This document shows, in pieces, positions 57,018 through 57,878 of a DNA stretch of 57,878 nucleotides. Below the pieces are notes generated by a model, which ran no database searches, was not told the origin of the DNA, and was given only the letters and a program-made list of their open reading frames with translations. The position numbers and the translations under genes were made by a program. The stretch comes from a virus (Duplodnaviria; Caudoviricetes): the IMG/VR virus record IMGVR_UViG_3300022752_000079, positions 1 to 57,878 of that record; one strand, given 5' to 3'. Within the stretch, counting starts at the first letter, position 1. Each line of letters opens with the position of its first letter.

Positions 57018-57386
57018 TTACTTTTCAAATGCAACGAAAATTTTGTTACCGGCATACACCTCATTGCCGTCTTCATCAAAAACGCATACTGATTTACGAG
57101 GTCCGTCACCAGATAGGTAAATACTGTTACCTTTAAGTTCTTCAGTCGGTGCAAGTCCGTAAGCTACTAATGAATTGACAAAGTAATTGTCTGATTTACG
57201 TAAGGCCTCTAATGCAAGTCCGGCAGAATGGCAACCGAATTTAGTATCAAACTGGCTGAGATCAATGAAACGAGATTGAGGTTCAAACAGTTCCGGGAAC
57301 AATGTTTGTAATACTTGACGTGCTTCATCTGAGGTAGAAGCTGCTTGAAGAATTTGCTCTTCGGTTAGGATGTTAATGGTTTTCAT
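57018..57386 (-). CDS. Hypothetical protein, paralog of 47101-47430
   Basis: Shared motifs with 47101-47430. Confidence 0.65.
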   Translation of the reverse strand: MKTINILTEEQILQAASTSDEARQVLQTLFPELFEPQSRFIDLSQFDTKFGCHSAGLALEALRKSDNYFVNSLVAYGLAPTEELKGNSIYLSGDGPRKSVCVFDEDGNEVYAGNKIFVAFEK

Positions 57387-57498
57387 AATTGCTTTTTAAT
57401 TAACCTTATACTTAAAGATAGTAAGAATAGTTCAAATAAACAAGTAATTGCCGGAATTTTTTCGGGTTGACTATCAATTACTTATACATTTCATTAAA

Positions 57499-57864
57499 TT
57501 AATGTAAGTACTTGCCTACCCAAACGATTTGACCGTTTGAGTTTGTTGTTGTTTTGGGTTTTACTATGTCTCCATTTATAGAGTGCATATAAACTTCTAT
57601 CTCACATTCAAAAGCAATAGGATATTTTGGCTGTTGGAGAGATTGTATAAAATCTTCAAAGAATAAAGGCTTGTATGTTTCTTCGTCTATTGCAAGCGCA
57701 TCAATATAAGCAGCATTCCATACCTTCCTCAAATCCTGCTCTGTGTACTTGTACTTCTCTTTGGCTTTGTCATACCCACGCATGAAATCAAATGCAGATG
57801 TGCCTGCTTTGTCCCCAATGCTAATCCCATATTTTTTAGCCAATTCAATAAAATCATCTTCCAA
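57499..57864 (-). CDS. Hypothetical protein (probably extends beyond the window)
   Basis: KYTEQDLRK motif; frame is open toward the edge. Confidence 0.55.
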   Translation of the reverse strand: MEDDFIELAKKYGISIGDKAGTSAFDFMRGYDKAKEKYKYTEQDLRKVWNAAYIDALAIDEETYKPLFFEDFIQSLQQPKYPIAFECEIEVYMHSINGDIVKPKTTTNSNGQIVWVGKYLH

Positions 57865-57878
57865 TGGTGGTAATAAAT

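Noticed and set aside
1-57878. Stop-codon reassignment or suppressor tRNA
   Set aside because: Genes are full length in the standard code and no CUA, UUA or UCA anticodon was found

Overview
A 57.9-kb segment of a large, AT-rich, T4-distant myophage, with essentially all genes on the minus strand. The host is probably Bacteroidota, judged from TTG-N17-20-TAnnTTTA/G promoters and a DUF4494-like gene. Layout from left to right: portal, and a terminase large subunit fractured into three genes joined by two atypically split inteins, with a free-standing endonuclease between pieces 1 and 2; tail and baseplate genes; a fused Mre11-Rad50, primase and resolvase; late sigma factor, ClpP and UvsE; a 27-tRNA array covering all 20 amino acids, interleaved with non-canonical tRNAs and unassigned structured RNAs; then an early region of small genes with repeated promoters and operators. 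The best candidate for a new system is an unannotated 38-codon leader ORF (43318-43434) whose first 26 codons contain all 20 amino acids. It overlaps an antiterminator to the terminator that sits in front of the tRNA array, so it looks like a pan-tRNA-sensing attenuator. Other strong signals are dispersed tRNA-like scaffolds with invariant ends and unrelated interiors, two D-arm-rearranged tRNA-Ile, an attC-like gene cassette, an orphan DGR variable region and a Y-RNA-like permuted tRNA mimic. All calls come from reading the sequence by eye; no searches or folding programs were run.
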